Below, in pieces: positions 32,454 through 39,455 of a stretch of 39,761 nt of DNA. The translations under genes and the position numbers were made by a program. Within the stretch, counting starts at the first letter, position 1. The number at the start of each line of letters is the position of its first letter. The stretch comes from Escherichia phage APC_JM3.2. Location: sequence record MG197996.1; one strand, given 5' to 3'. The notes below the pieces were generated by a model that saw nothing but the letters and a program-made list of their open reading frames with translations, was not told the DNA's origin and ran no database searches.

Positions 32454-33041
32454 TCAGAAAGGAGGGTAATCGTTCTGGCTGTAACCATAATCATCTACAT
32501 GATTCTGGCTTACGTTTTTAGAGCGATTGTCTTTATCTTTGAGATTGGCAACCATGTTGGCGATAGTTTCTGGTTGCTTGCCTTCTGCCTTTTCTTTAAG
32601 GGTTTGACCTGTTTGTGCAATAAACGGGATGCGTATTTCCATCTGGTAGCTGTCTGCGCCAGTCTTTTTGTTTGTGGTTAATACTTTCTGGAGCACTAAC
32701 CCGATTTTCTTTCCATGAAACTCAGGAGCAACAAATTTACTGATGGAAACCATATGTTGCGTTAATTGTCCAATCCCGGCACACCCCATCATGGCGTGAA
32801 CGACATTTGCGCCAAATTTGTTTTCCGTTCCGTCATTTTTCTGAACACAGACGCTAAGATATTGGATTTTACGTCCGTCGTCGGATTCGCCAGAAAACTC
32901 AATAAATTTGGCTCCTTTTTCTGATTGCTTTAGTTCTGCTTCAGTAATGGTAATGATATGAGCGCCAGTTTCGTTAATAAAACCACCTTGCCCTGCGGTC
33001 AGTGCTGCTTCTTCGTTATAAGTAAAAATCACGTTGCTCAT
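32454..33041 (-). CDS. Putative single-strand DNA-binding partner of Sak4 (DUF669-like)
   Basis: 195-aa ORF translationally coupled (ATGA) to Sak4; gene-neighbourhood logic. Confidence 0.5.
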   Translation of the reverse strand: MSNVIFTYNEEAALTAGQGGFINETGAHIITITEAELKQSEKGAKFIEFSGESDDGRKIQYLSVCVQKNDGTENKFGANVVHAMMGCAGIGQLTQHMVSISKFVAPEFHGKKIGLVLQKVLTTNKKTGADSYQMEIRIPFIAQTGQTLKEKAEGKQPETIANMVANLKDKDNRSKNVSQNHVDDYGYSQNDYPPF

Positions 33042-33718
33042 GCGGCGTTTTCCTTAATTTGATGAACATTATTGATGCCGTAGTAATCACAAACAGTGGC
33101 ATCGACAAAAGAGAGATCGTTATCAATCTCATTGGAATCAAACATTCCCATTGGGGATTTAACAGTGTCTGCACCGTTGTTTTTCGTGGTGAAAAAGAAC
33201 TGGTCATCACGGGTAAGGGTGCGAAGAACTATAGTAAACATGCCTTCAACAGTGATTTTCTCGTCCAGCATTTTGCCGATAGTCTTCATTTTCACACGCC
33301 CCATAGGGGTTTCTTCGGTATGGGCAAGAAAATAGACTCTCAGGTCATCAGGCGCATCCTGTGCAGCCTTAATGACCTCCCATGCGTGACGGCCTATCTC
33401 AGTGAATTTATCAAACGATTTTTCTTCTGAGCGGCGCATAAACTCATTGCTCATCACATACTGGAAGTCATCAACAATAACGATTCTTTTCCCGTATTCG
33501 TGAGCACGCTTAATTACGGCAACTATTACGTCCCATTTGTCAGTGGTAACTACGGTTCCTTTTTTTGCTCTGGCATCCCATGCAAGCCAGTCTTTTGATT
33601 TAAATGGTAGCGGCTTGCCTATTGGTTTTATAAGTATTGCTTCCTCTGGATTGATATTTCTCATGCTGGTTGATTTTCCGGTGCCAGACTCACCGAGTAT
33701 TAATGTCGCAGTTCCCAT
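33038..33718 (-). CDS. sak4: Sak4-type RecA-like recombinase (AAA_24 ATPase)
   Basis: 226-aa ORF; Walker A GESGTGKST near N-terminus, Walker B RIVIVDD; size and layout typical of Sak4. Confidence 0.8.
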   Translation of the reverse strand: MGTATLILGESGTGKSTSMRNINPEEAILIKPIGKPLPFKSKDWLAWDARAKKGTVVTTDKWDVIVAVIKRAHEYGKRIVIVDDFQYVMSNEFMRRSEEKSFDKFTEIGRHAWEVIKAAQDAPDDLRVYFLAHTEETPMGRVKMKTIGKMLDEKITVEGMFTIVLRTLTRDDQFFFTTKNNGADTVKSPMGMFDSNEIDNDLSFVDATVCDYYGINNVHQIKENAA

Positions 33719-33726
33719 AATTTGCC

Positions 33727-33915
33727 TCAGAATGGTAATTCGGATGGGACGGAAAGAAATTCGCGCTCATTCATGCGCTCTCTTTGTGCTTGCCATAAAC
33801 AAAGTTGTTTCTTTGATTTATCTCCCGCTTTACGCCAGTAACGAGCCTCAGCAATGTGATATTCTCTTTTTAATCGACTTAACTCTGGAGTTTTAGCCAG
33901 CTCTACCGGAATCAT
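33727..33915 (-). CDS. Hypothetical protein (about 62 aa)
   Basis: Start chosen at internal ATG (MIPVELAKT..) 5 nt after GGAGG; ATGA overlap with upstream stop. Confidence 0.45.
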   Translation of the reverse strand: MIPVELAKTPELSRLKREYHIAEARYWRKAGDKSKKQLCLWQAQRERMNEREFLSVPSELPF

Positions 33916-34115
33916 TTTGACCTCCATTTTCTGTAGGCTTCGACGGCCTCACGAAACATCTTTTCATCGCCAATAAAAGTGGCGATAGTGAATTTAGTCT
34001 GAATAGCCATAAGTGTTTTATCCATTTTTGGGAACTCCTGGCTGATTAAGTACGTCGATGAGTCGTTTCCATCCGTCACGTAATTTACGGGTGATTCGTT
34101 CAAGTAAAGATTCAT
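33912..34115 (-). CDS. Hypothetical protein (67 aa; possible shorter form from internal ATG with AGGAG RBS)
   Basis: ORF in operon; start ambiguous. Confidence 0.35.
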   Translation of the reverse strand: MNLYLNESPVNYVTDGNDSSTYLISQEFPKMDKTLMAIQTKFTIATFIGDEKMFREAVEAYRKWRSK

Positions 34116-34188
34116 TTAGTTGGAAGGCACCCATGCGAGCGCCTCCCGCGATTGCGTAAATCATGGGTGGTTCCTTATGTTGGTTTTA

Positions 34189-35157
34189 TTAGTAGGTTAT
34201 TTTTGTTGCGAATACTTCGCCTTTTACGATGGCTGTTATGATATTTTTAGCAACATCTTCTGATGCACCAACCTTGATAAGGTCAGCAAGTATTTTGTTA
34301 TTTACTTCTTTCCGGTGAGCTTTATCCTTTGCTCTACGCTCTTCTTCGTCCTTGATTCTTTTTTCTTCTGCGATTCTGGCTTGCTCTTTTGCTTCAGCCT
34401 CGCGCCGGATTCGTTCAGCCTCCTCCTGTGCTTTTCGGCGTTCTGCTTCAATTGCCGCCTGCTTTTCTCTTTCAGCTCGTTCTGCTGCCTCTTTTGCTTC
34501 GCGCTGTGCTCGTTGCTCGGCCTCAATGCGTTCACGCTCTGCACGTTCCGCTGCGGCCTTAGCTTCTGCTTCTCGCCTTGCTGCTGCTTCAATTTCGGCT
34601 TTTGCCTTTGCTTCGGCTTCTGCTCTGGCTTTCTCTTCAGCTTCTCTTTTTAATCGTTCTTCATGCTCTCGCTTTTCCTGCTCCGCTTTGAGTCTTGCCT
34701 CTTCTCTTTGGCGGTCAAATTCGCGATCCATCAAAATCGCTATTTCATGGTCAGACTCAATTTGCTTTGCGAGAGCTTCAGCTGCTGCCTTAGCTTCTTC
34801 TTCGGCTTTAATCCGCGCCTGTTCTTCCTCATAATCAGTAAGAGGCTGGCGCGCCTTGGCTTTCAGTTCATCAAGGCGATCGCGCACTGTCTTGCGGTTG
34901 GCATCAATTAGCTTTGGAATTTCCTTCAGTTCAGCAACAAGGTCTTTGCCAAGACCATCGAGATATGTTTTCGTCTGCGCAACTTTATACGCCAGAGAAG
35001 CGATCTCCTTTCTGCCCTTTGCCGTTGTGATATCAGGCACAAAGGACATAACTTCACGTTCAACCTTTTGAAGGATTTCTTCAATCTGGTCGGCAGACTG
35101 AAATACAGTCATTGCATTTGCTTTTTCAATAACAACTAAATCTGTTACTTCACTCAT
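34189..35157 (-). CDS. ER/K-rich coiled-coil protein (322 aa) with long charged low-complexity helix
   Basis: AAGGAGGA RBS 4-5 nt upstream; central 130 aa almost entirely E/A/K/R (..REAEEKARAEAEAKAKAEIEAAARREAEAKAAAERAERERIEAEQRAQREAKE..). Confidence 0.7.
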   Translation of the reverse strand: MSEVTDLVVIEKANAMTVFQSADQIEEILQKVEREVMSFVPDITTAKGRKEIASLAYKVAQTKTYLDGLGKDLVAELKEIPKLIDANRKTVRDRLDELKAKARQPLTDYEEEQARIKAEEEAKAAAEALAKQIESDHEIAILMDREFDRQREEARLKAEQEKREHEERLKREAEEKARAEAEAKAKAEIEAAARREAEAKAAAERAERERIEAEQRAQREAKEAAERAEREKQAAIEAERRKAQEEAERIRREAEAKEQARIAEEKRIKDEEERRAKDKAHRKEVNNKILADLIKVGASEDVAKNIITAIVKGEVFATKITY

Positions 35158-35191
35158 ATATCCTCCTTCGTTGTATTCTTTAAAAACGCTC

Positions 35192-35560
35192 TCAGGCGGC
35201 TTTGATAGTCATATCATCTGAATCAAATATTCCAGATGTGTCGATATCGGTAATTCTTATTCCTTCGCTACCATCCATTGGAGGCCATCCTTCCTGACCA
35301 TTTCCATCATTCCAGTCGAACTCACACACAACACCATATGCATTTAAGTCGCTTGAAATTGCTATAAGCAGAGCATGTTGCGCCAGCATGATTAATACAG
35401 CATTTAATACAGAGCCGTGTTTATTGAGTCGGTATTCAGAGTCTGACCAGAAATTATTAATCTGGTGAAGTTTTTCCTCTGTCATTACGTCATGGTCGAT
35501 TTCAATTTCTATTGATGCTTTCCAGTCGTAATCAATGATGTATTTTTTGATGTTTGACAT
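35192..35560 (-). CDS. Strongly acidic hypothetical protein (122 aa)
   Basis: GAGGAT RBS; estimated net charge about -17 (D+E about 25, K+R about 8); first gene after a terminator. Confidence 0.6.
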   Translation of the reverse strand: MSNIKKYIIDYDWKASIEIEIDHDVMTEEKLHQINNFWSDSEYRLNKHGSVLNAVLIMLAQHALLIAISSDLNAYGVVCEFDWNDGNGQEGWPPMDGSEGIRITDIDTSGIFDSDDMTIKAA

Positions 35561-35580
35561 CTGTTCATATCCTCACAGAT

Positions 35581-35606
35581 AAAAAATCGCCCTCACATTG
35601 GAGGGC
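35581..35606 (-). terminator. Intrinsic terminator on minus strand upstream of the acidic 122-aa gene
   Basis: Minus-strand RNA GCCCUC-CAAUGU-GAGGGCG followed by AUUUUUUAU. Confidence 0.55.
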
Positions 35607-35699
35607 AAAGAAGATTTCCAATAATCAGAACAAGTCGGCTCCTGTTTAGTTACGAGCGACATTGCTCACATAGCAGACTCGTAAATCTGCTATAGGCGC

Positions 35700-35858
35700 T
35701 TATTCGCATCGCATGACAACATCAAATTTTTCGAGATTACTTTGTCGCAACAATCCTTCTTCTACGCGGTCAGCTTTTCTATAATTATCAAATTCGAAAT
35801 GTTTAATTACTTCTTTCGTTTCTCGCTCTATAACTTCAACGATGTATTTCTTATTCAT
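35700..35858 (-). CDS. Small hypothetical protein (52 aa)
   Basis: Hand-translated MNKKYIVEVIERETKEVIKHFEFDNYRKADRVEEGLLRQSNLEKFDVVMRCE; start overlaps upstream stop. Confidence 0.4.
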   Translation of the reverse strand: MNKKYIVEVIERETKEVIKHFEFDNYRKADRVEEGLLRQSNLEKFDVVMRCE

Positions 35859-36154
35859 TACTCATCACCTATGGCTTTTCTGATTGCTGCGAGACCTTTA
35901 TTAACAGCTCCATACCATTCTGGATATGTTGTCGTTGTTCTATTTTTGGATTGCTTAAGTAATAACTGAAGTGCTTCGAGAAGGTCAGGTGCTGCCGCTA
36001 TTAGATTGGCATCTTCAATGCATTGAACTTCCTCACAGATTGCAATATACGAACGCCAGCCTGTGCCATTTTCAAGAGAGTCTGCCTGGATGATTTTAAT
36101 CTCATCGCCATCCATCATTATTTCCCACTTACCTTCAGTACCTTTAAATTCCAT
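35858..36154 (-). CDS. Acidic hypothetical protein (98 aa)
   Basis: AGAGG RBS; contains ..ANLIAAAPDLLEALQLL.. motif. Confidence 0.6.
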   Translation of the reverse strand: MEFKGTEGKWEIMMDGDEIKIIQADSLENGTGWRSYIAICEEVQCIEDANLIAAAPDLLEALQLLLKQSKNRTTTTYPEWYGAVNKGLAAIRKAIGDE

Positions 36155-36174
36155 GTTAGCCTCTGTTGTTTATG

Positions 36175-36202
36175 CCAAAAATAAAGGCCGACTATGCGGC
36201 CT
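36175..36202 (-). terminator. Intrinsic terminator on minus strand after the 212-aa gene (stop codon in loop)
   Basis: Minus-strand RNA AGGCCG-CAUAGU-CGGCCU followed by UUAUUUUUGG; TAG stop lies in the loop. Confidence 0.55.
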
Positions 36203-36815
36203 CGGAAGGAAGTCCAATCATCTTATTCAAATCTTCTACCCGTAAAGCAGGAAGTGCTGTACTTGCTTTATCTGCTTCTTTTGGTAGCAACTCTTTGCTT
36301 TCAGGCCAAACCTCAATAAGTCGCTTAACTGTTGTGACTGAGTTTAAAGCAGCCCATACATTTGATTCGATATCCTTTTTCTTAGCTTCAAGTTTTTGTT
36401 GTAATGAGCAGATTTCATCAAACCTTTTTGTTATTTCGTGCTCTGCGTCAAACATGCATTTATCTTTTATCGGAGTAGGGAGAAATATATCTTCGCCGTT
36501 GCCGTCTTTCCCATATGAATGCCATCCAACCCTTCTGTCAGATACAGTCAGATAAATTGAAGTAGAACGAAAATCGTATGAGTAAAATGAACATCCCATC
36601 TTTCCAAGTTCTTCACTTATAGCTACCAACTTGGATGATAACTGATCCACTTCCTCAGTTTTCTTTTTACCGCCAAACGCAATAACTCTGGCGTCAAGTG
36701 CAAGCTGGTTCTTTAACTTTGTTACTTCTTCAAGCTCAGTGAAAACCCCAGACTTAATTAAAGCGTTACGAGCGATTTCCTCTTTCATTCTCGTAGTTAA
36801 GCGGATTGATGACAT
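36192..36815 (-). CDS. Hypothetical protein (207 aa), flanked on both sides by intrinsic terminators
   Basis: Start set at ATG 36815 (MSSIRLTTRMKEEI..) with GAGAGGAA RBS; K/E-rich; no domain recognised. Confidence 0.6.
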   Translation of the reverse strand: MSSIRLTTRMKEEIARNALIKSGVFTELEEVTKLKNQLALDARVIAFGGKKKTEEVDQLSSKLVAISEELGKMGCSFYSYDFRSTSIYLTVSDRRVGWHSYGKDGNGEDIFLPTPIKDKCMFDAEHEITKRFDEICSLQQKLEAKKKDIESNVWAALNSVTTVKRLIEVWPESKELLPKEADKASTALPALRVEDLNKMIGLPSEAA

Positions 36816-36829
36816 ATTAATTCCTCTCA

Positions 36830-36861
36830 AATAAGAAAATAAAGGCCACCATCAGGCAGCC
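36830..36861 (-). terminator. Intrinsic terminator on minus strand after the 83-aa gene (stop codon in loop)
   Basis: Minus-strand RNA GGCUGCC-UGAU-GGUGGCC (two G-U pairs, so strand-specific) followed by UUUAUUUUCUUAUUU. Confidence 0.5.
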
Positions 36862-37103
36862 TTGTTGTAAATGTTGCAGGTATCAAGTAAGTAATTAGAT
36901 GGAGCGCCATAAATTATGAATTCATCGTTTGTCGGGTCCATCTCCATCTCTTGGCCTATTGCCATTCTTGCGTCAGTGTCGTCAGCGGCGAAGCATAAAA
37001 CAGCCCACGCACCCATTGTTTTAAAAAGAACTGCAATTGGCTGTGGTTTTACTGAATTTGCGTTAGCGCGAAAATCACAAATCGCACTTTCATGAAATTC
37101 CAT
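36852..37103 (-). CDS. Acidic hypothetical protein (83 aa)
   Basis: AGGTGAT RBS; second gene of the leftward early operon. Confidence 0.6.
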   Translation of the reverse strand: MEFHESAICDFRANANSVKPQPIAVLFKTMGAWAVLCFAADDTDARMAIGQEMEMDPTNDEFIIYGAPSNYLLDTCNIYNKAA

Positions 37104-37165
37104 ATATCACCTAAAATAAGTGGTTTGCTGCCAAAACAATGAACCATCCGGAAATTCCAGATAGT

Positions 37166-37393
37166 TCATAATTCACTCTTCAATACTTCCAGCTTACTAA
37201 TCGCCGAAAGATATCCGCGCTGATAAGGCATCAGCATTCCGTTGAGCTTTTCACTCCTTAACTCCTCTCTAAGCAGGTTAATGGCCTTATCGATAACTTC
37301 TGCCTTAGCGTCCTTTATGGCTTGCTTTCGGGGCTTTGCTTTCTGCTTTGGCAGATTTCTCAAGCATGATGGAATGTATGTCTGATTCATCAC
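37166..37393 (-). CDS. First gene of the leftward early operon (N-equivalent position); basic N-terminus, function unassigned
   Basis: 75-aa ORF, GAGGT RBS; K/R-rich N-terminal segment LRNLPKQKAKPRKQAIKDAK; no similarity to lambda N apparent. Confidence 0.5.
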   Translation of the reverse strand: MMNQTYIPSCLRNLPKQKAKPRKQAIKDAKAEVIDKAINLLREELRSEKLNGMLMPYQRGYLSAISKLEVLKSEL

Positions 37394-37643
37394 TTACCTC
37401 GCTGTAACCTGCTTACTTGTACGATGACCAGCTGCGAAAAGCGCAACTTCTGGCAGGCAGACAGTACCACTCTTCAAATCAGCCTCCTTTTTCTTTTTCT
37501 ATATCAAAAAGCTGCTTTGCTTTTGTGACTAAAAGCAAAAAAGCCTTCTCGCTAATGAGCAGCATTGCCGTTCATCCTGAACCCGCCGCGCTCCCGACGC
37601 ATGGTTTAAAGACGCGCCGTTCGTCTATGGCTTAACTATATCC

Positions 37644-37670
37644 AAAGCTATTATTGCTGTAAATAGCTAT
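37644..37670. promoter_or_regulatory. Candidate left operator site (inverted repeat AAAGCTATT-N9-AATAGCTAT)
   Basis: Near-palindrome counted directly; same architecture as the right-operator candidate. Confidence 0.4.
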
Positions 37671-37761
37671 AGTTATAAAATAACTCCTTTGGTTATTTAG
37701 TCATTGATATCTAATGTAATTTATTTTTCTTGTATGTGAGATTTGGTGTTTTTTGGGCAAT

Positions 37762-37790
37762 AAAAAACCCGCAAAAAGCGGGTTTGTTGT
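37762..37790 (-). terminator. Intrinsic terminator downstream of cI
   Basis: Stem AAACCCGC / GCGGGTTT with AAAAA loop; on the minus strand it is followed by UUUUUUAUUG, 12 nt after the cI stop. Confidence 0.65.
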
Positions 37791-37802
37791 GGTGTGATGA
37801 GG

Positions 37803-38534
37803 TTAGTAGTCAACTACAGACCACCAGAAGATTCTTCCGATGATCTCGATATCGCTTAGATTCTTTTCTTCTTGTGGGTATTCCAGTGAGTTAAAGCTTC
37901 TAATGCTTACCTTGTCAGGCCCTGATCGAAAGAGAATCTTAATGCGTTTCCAACCGTTCTCGTTAATGGCGTAAATCTTTCCGTCAACTATTTTCTTATC
38001 GTTGGTGTTAACAGCAACTGTTGTTCCATCAGGAATGTTTGGCTCCATGCTGTTGCCACGAGCCGGAAAACAAACAACCCCGCTTCCATCACTGTTCGCG
38101 CCAACTCTGCGAAGGGTTGATTTGGAGAAGCGCAACATAAAGCCGTTGTGATCTTCATCAATCACCCGACCATCCCCGCATGCAAACTCAATATCTTTAA
38201 GGTAAGGAACTTCAACTTCATCACCTCTTAAAGGCGTTCCTCCATCCCATGGGTCCAAATATCCCCACGTGCTTTCATGAGGAATAGAAGATTTTGGATT
38301 ATAAGGTTCAACTCCCTCATCACGCATTGGCCCAGTCCCATCGGAAAGCCATTCCGTACGAACTCCAAGCACTTTTGATATTTCAAAAAGTTTGCGCGTA
38401 TTGCGTGTTTTTCCAGACGTAAGTTTCCAGACGCTTGGCTGAGACATGCCAACAGCATTGCCAAGTGAAGCCTGAGTAAACCCAGCCTGATCCATCGCGT
38501 ATGTAAGCCTTTGAGAAAAAGTATCTAGTTTCAT
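37803..38534 (-). CDS. cI: CI-type prophage repressor (HTH plus S24 autopeptidase domain)
   Basis: 243-aa ORF; N-terminal HTH ..QASLGNAVGMSQPSVWKL..; C-terminal GNSMEP (Ser nucleophile) and ..GWKRIK (Lys) S24 motifs. Confidence 0.9.
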   Translation of the reverse strand: MKLDTFSQRLTYAMDQAGFTQASLGNAVGMSQPSVWKLTSGKTRNTRKLFEISKVLGVRTEWLSDGTGPMRDEGVEPYNPKSSIPHESTWGYLDPWDGGTPLRGDEVEVPYLKDIEFACGDGRVIDEDHNGFMLRFSKSTLRRVGANSDGSGVVCFPARGNSMEPNIPDGTTVAVNTNDKKIVDGKIYAINENGWKRIKILFRSGPDKVSIRSFNSLEYPQEEKNLSDIEIIGRIFWWSVVDY

Positions 38535-38575
38535 TCGGACAACCTATAGCTACAGCTATTATTAGTCAAATACCT

Positions 38576-38602
38576 AAAGCTATTTACTTTCTGAATAGCT
38601 TT
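38576..38602. promoter_or_regulatory. Candidate right operator site overlapping putative pR (-35 TTTACT 38583-38588, -10 TATTAT 38606-38611)
   Basis: Perfect 9-bp inverted repeat AAAGCTATT-N9-AATAGCTTT between cI and cro. Confidence 0.45.
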
Positions 38603-38642
38603 GGCTATTATTCTGATTGTGAATTCAGCAGGAGTTATTTTT

Positions 38643-38873
38643 ATGGTCAACAAGGCTATTAAAGCGGCTATTGACTCAGTAGGAAGTCAGCAAAAGTTAG
38701 CTGATGCCTGCGGTGTTAAGCAGCCGTCTGTATGGGCTTGGTTGCATGGGAAGAAAAGGGTATCCGCTGAAAATGCCAAGCGCATTGAAATGGCTACCAA
38801 TGGAAGCGTCCCTGCATACCTGATTCGCCCTGATTTATCCGCTTTGTTCCCCAATCCGAACAAAGCAGCTTAA
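38643..38873 (+). CDS. cro: Cro-like repressor (HTH)
   Basis: 76-aa ORF from ATG 38643 with AGGAG RBS; ..QQKLADACGVKQPSVWAWLHGKK.. HTH; divergent from cI. Confidence 0.8.
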   Translation: MVNKAIKAAIDSVGSQQKLADACGVKQPSVWAWLHGKKRVSAENAKRIEMATNGSVPAYLIRPDLSALFPNPNKAA

Positions 38874-38992
38874 TAAAGCAAATTTTTATACCGAACGGCC
38901 CGGTATACGGTCGGGTGCCCGGCGTGGTCAAGGATGACTGTCAATGGTGCACGATAAAAACCCAAATTATTTACCTATGGAGATAGTAAGAA

Positions 38993-39289
38993 ATGACACA
39001 AGCAAGCTACAGCAAGCCAACACAGCGAGAAATTGATCGCGCTGAAACTGATTTACTCATCAACCTGTCAACGCTTACCCAGCGCGGTCTGGCAAAGATG
39101 ATTGGCTGTCATGAATCGAAGATAAGCAGAACGGACTGGAGGTTTATTGCTTCGGTCTTGTGTGCTTTTGGAATGGCATCAGACATCAGTCCGATTAGCA
39201 GGGCTTTTAAGTATGCGCTTGATGGACTCACCAATAAAAAACGCCCGGCGGCAACCGAGCGTTCTGAACAAATCCAGATGGAATTTTAA
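38993..39289 (+). CDS. cII: CII transcriptional activator
   Basis: 98-aa ORF; C-terminal ..LTNKKRPAATERSEQIQMEF identical to lambda CII C-terminus as recalled; HTH in the middle. Confidence 0.9.
   Translation: MTQASYSKPTQREIDRAETDLLINLSTLTQRGLAKMIGCHESKISRTDWRFIASVLCAFGMASDISPISRAFKYALDGLTNKKRPAATERSEQIQMEF
39236..39262 (-). terminator. oop-like antisense terminator within the cII 3' end
   Basis: Minus-strand GGUUGCCGCCGGGCGUUUUUUAUUGG, matching the lambda t_oop region as recalled. Confidence 0.45.
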
Positions 39290-39311
39290 CAACATTCAAC
39301 GAGGTAATTAT

Positions 39312-39455
39312 ATGCGAAAAACGCAGGAAAATAAACGCGTTAATCACCGAAAAGATGTGCTACGTGACCAGTTTTATCAGTGGGTTAATCCAGCAATAGC
39401 TGTGCCACTGAGAGAAATACTTAACAGGTACAAAACTTCGGAGAAGTCAAAATGA
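39312..39455 (+). CDS. Small basic hypothetical protein (47 aa) translationally coupled to the replication initiator
   Basis: GAGGT RBS 7 nt before ATG; stop TGA overlaps the ATG of the downstream gene. Confidence 0.4.
   Translation: MRKTQENKRVNHRKDVLRDQFYQWVNPAIAVPLREILNRYKTSEKSK

Noticed and set aside
34302-35071. Multiple 70-160-aa ORFs in other frames on both strands across the ER/K-rich gene
   Set aside because: Artefacts of the low-complexity GAA/GCN-rich repeat; only the 322-aa minus-strand frame has an RBS and operon context
38874-38992. Possible nutR/tR1-like GC-rich hairpin between cro and cII (about 38891-38925)
   Set aside because: Could not derive a convincing stem or boxA by eye; left as unresolved rather than annotated
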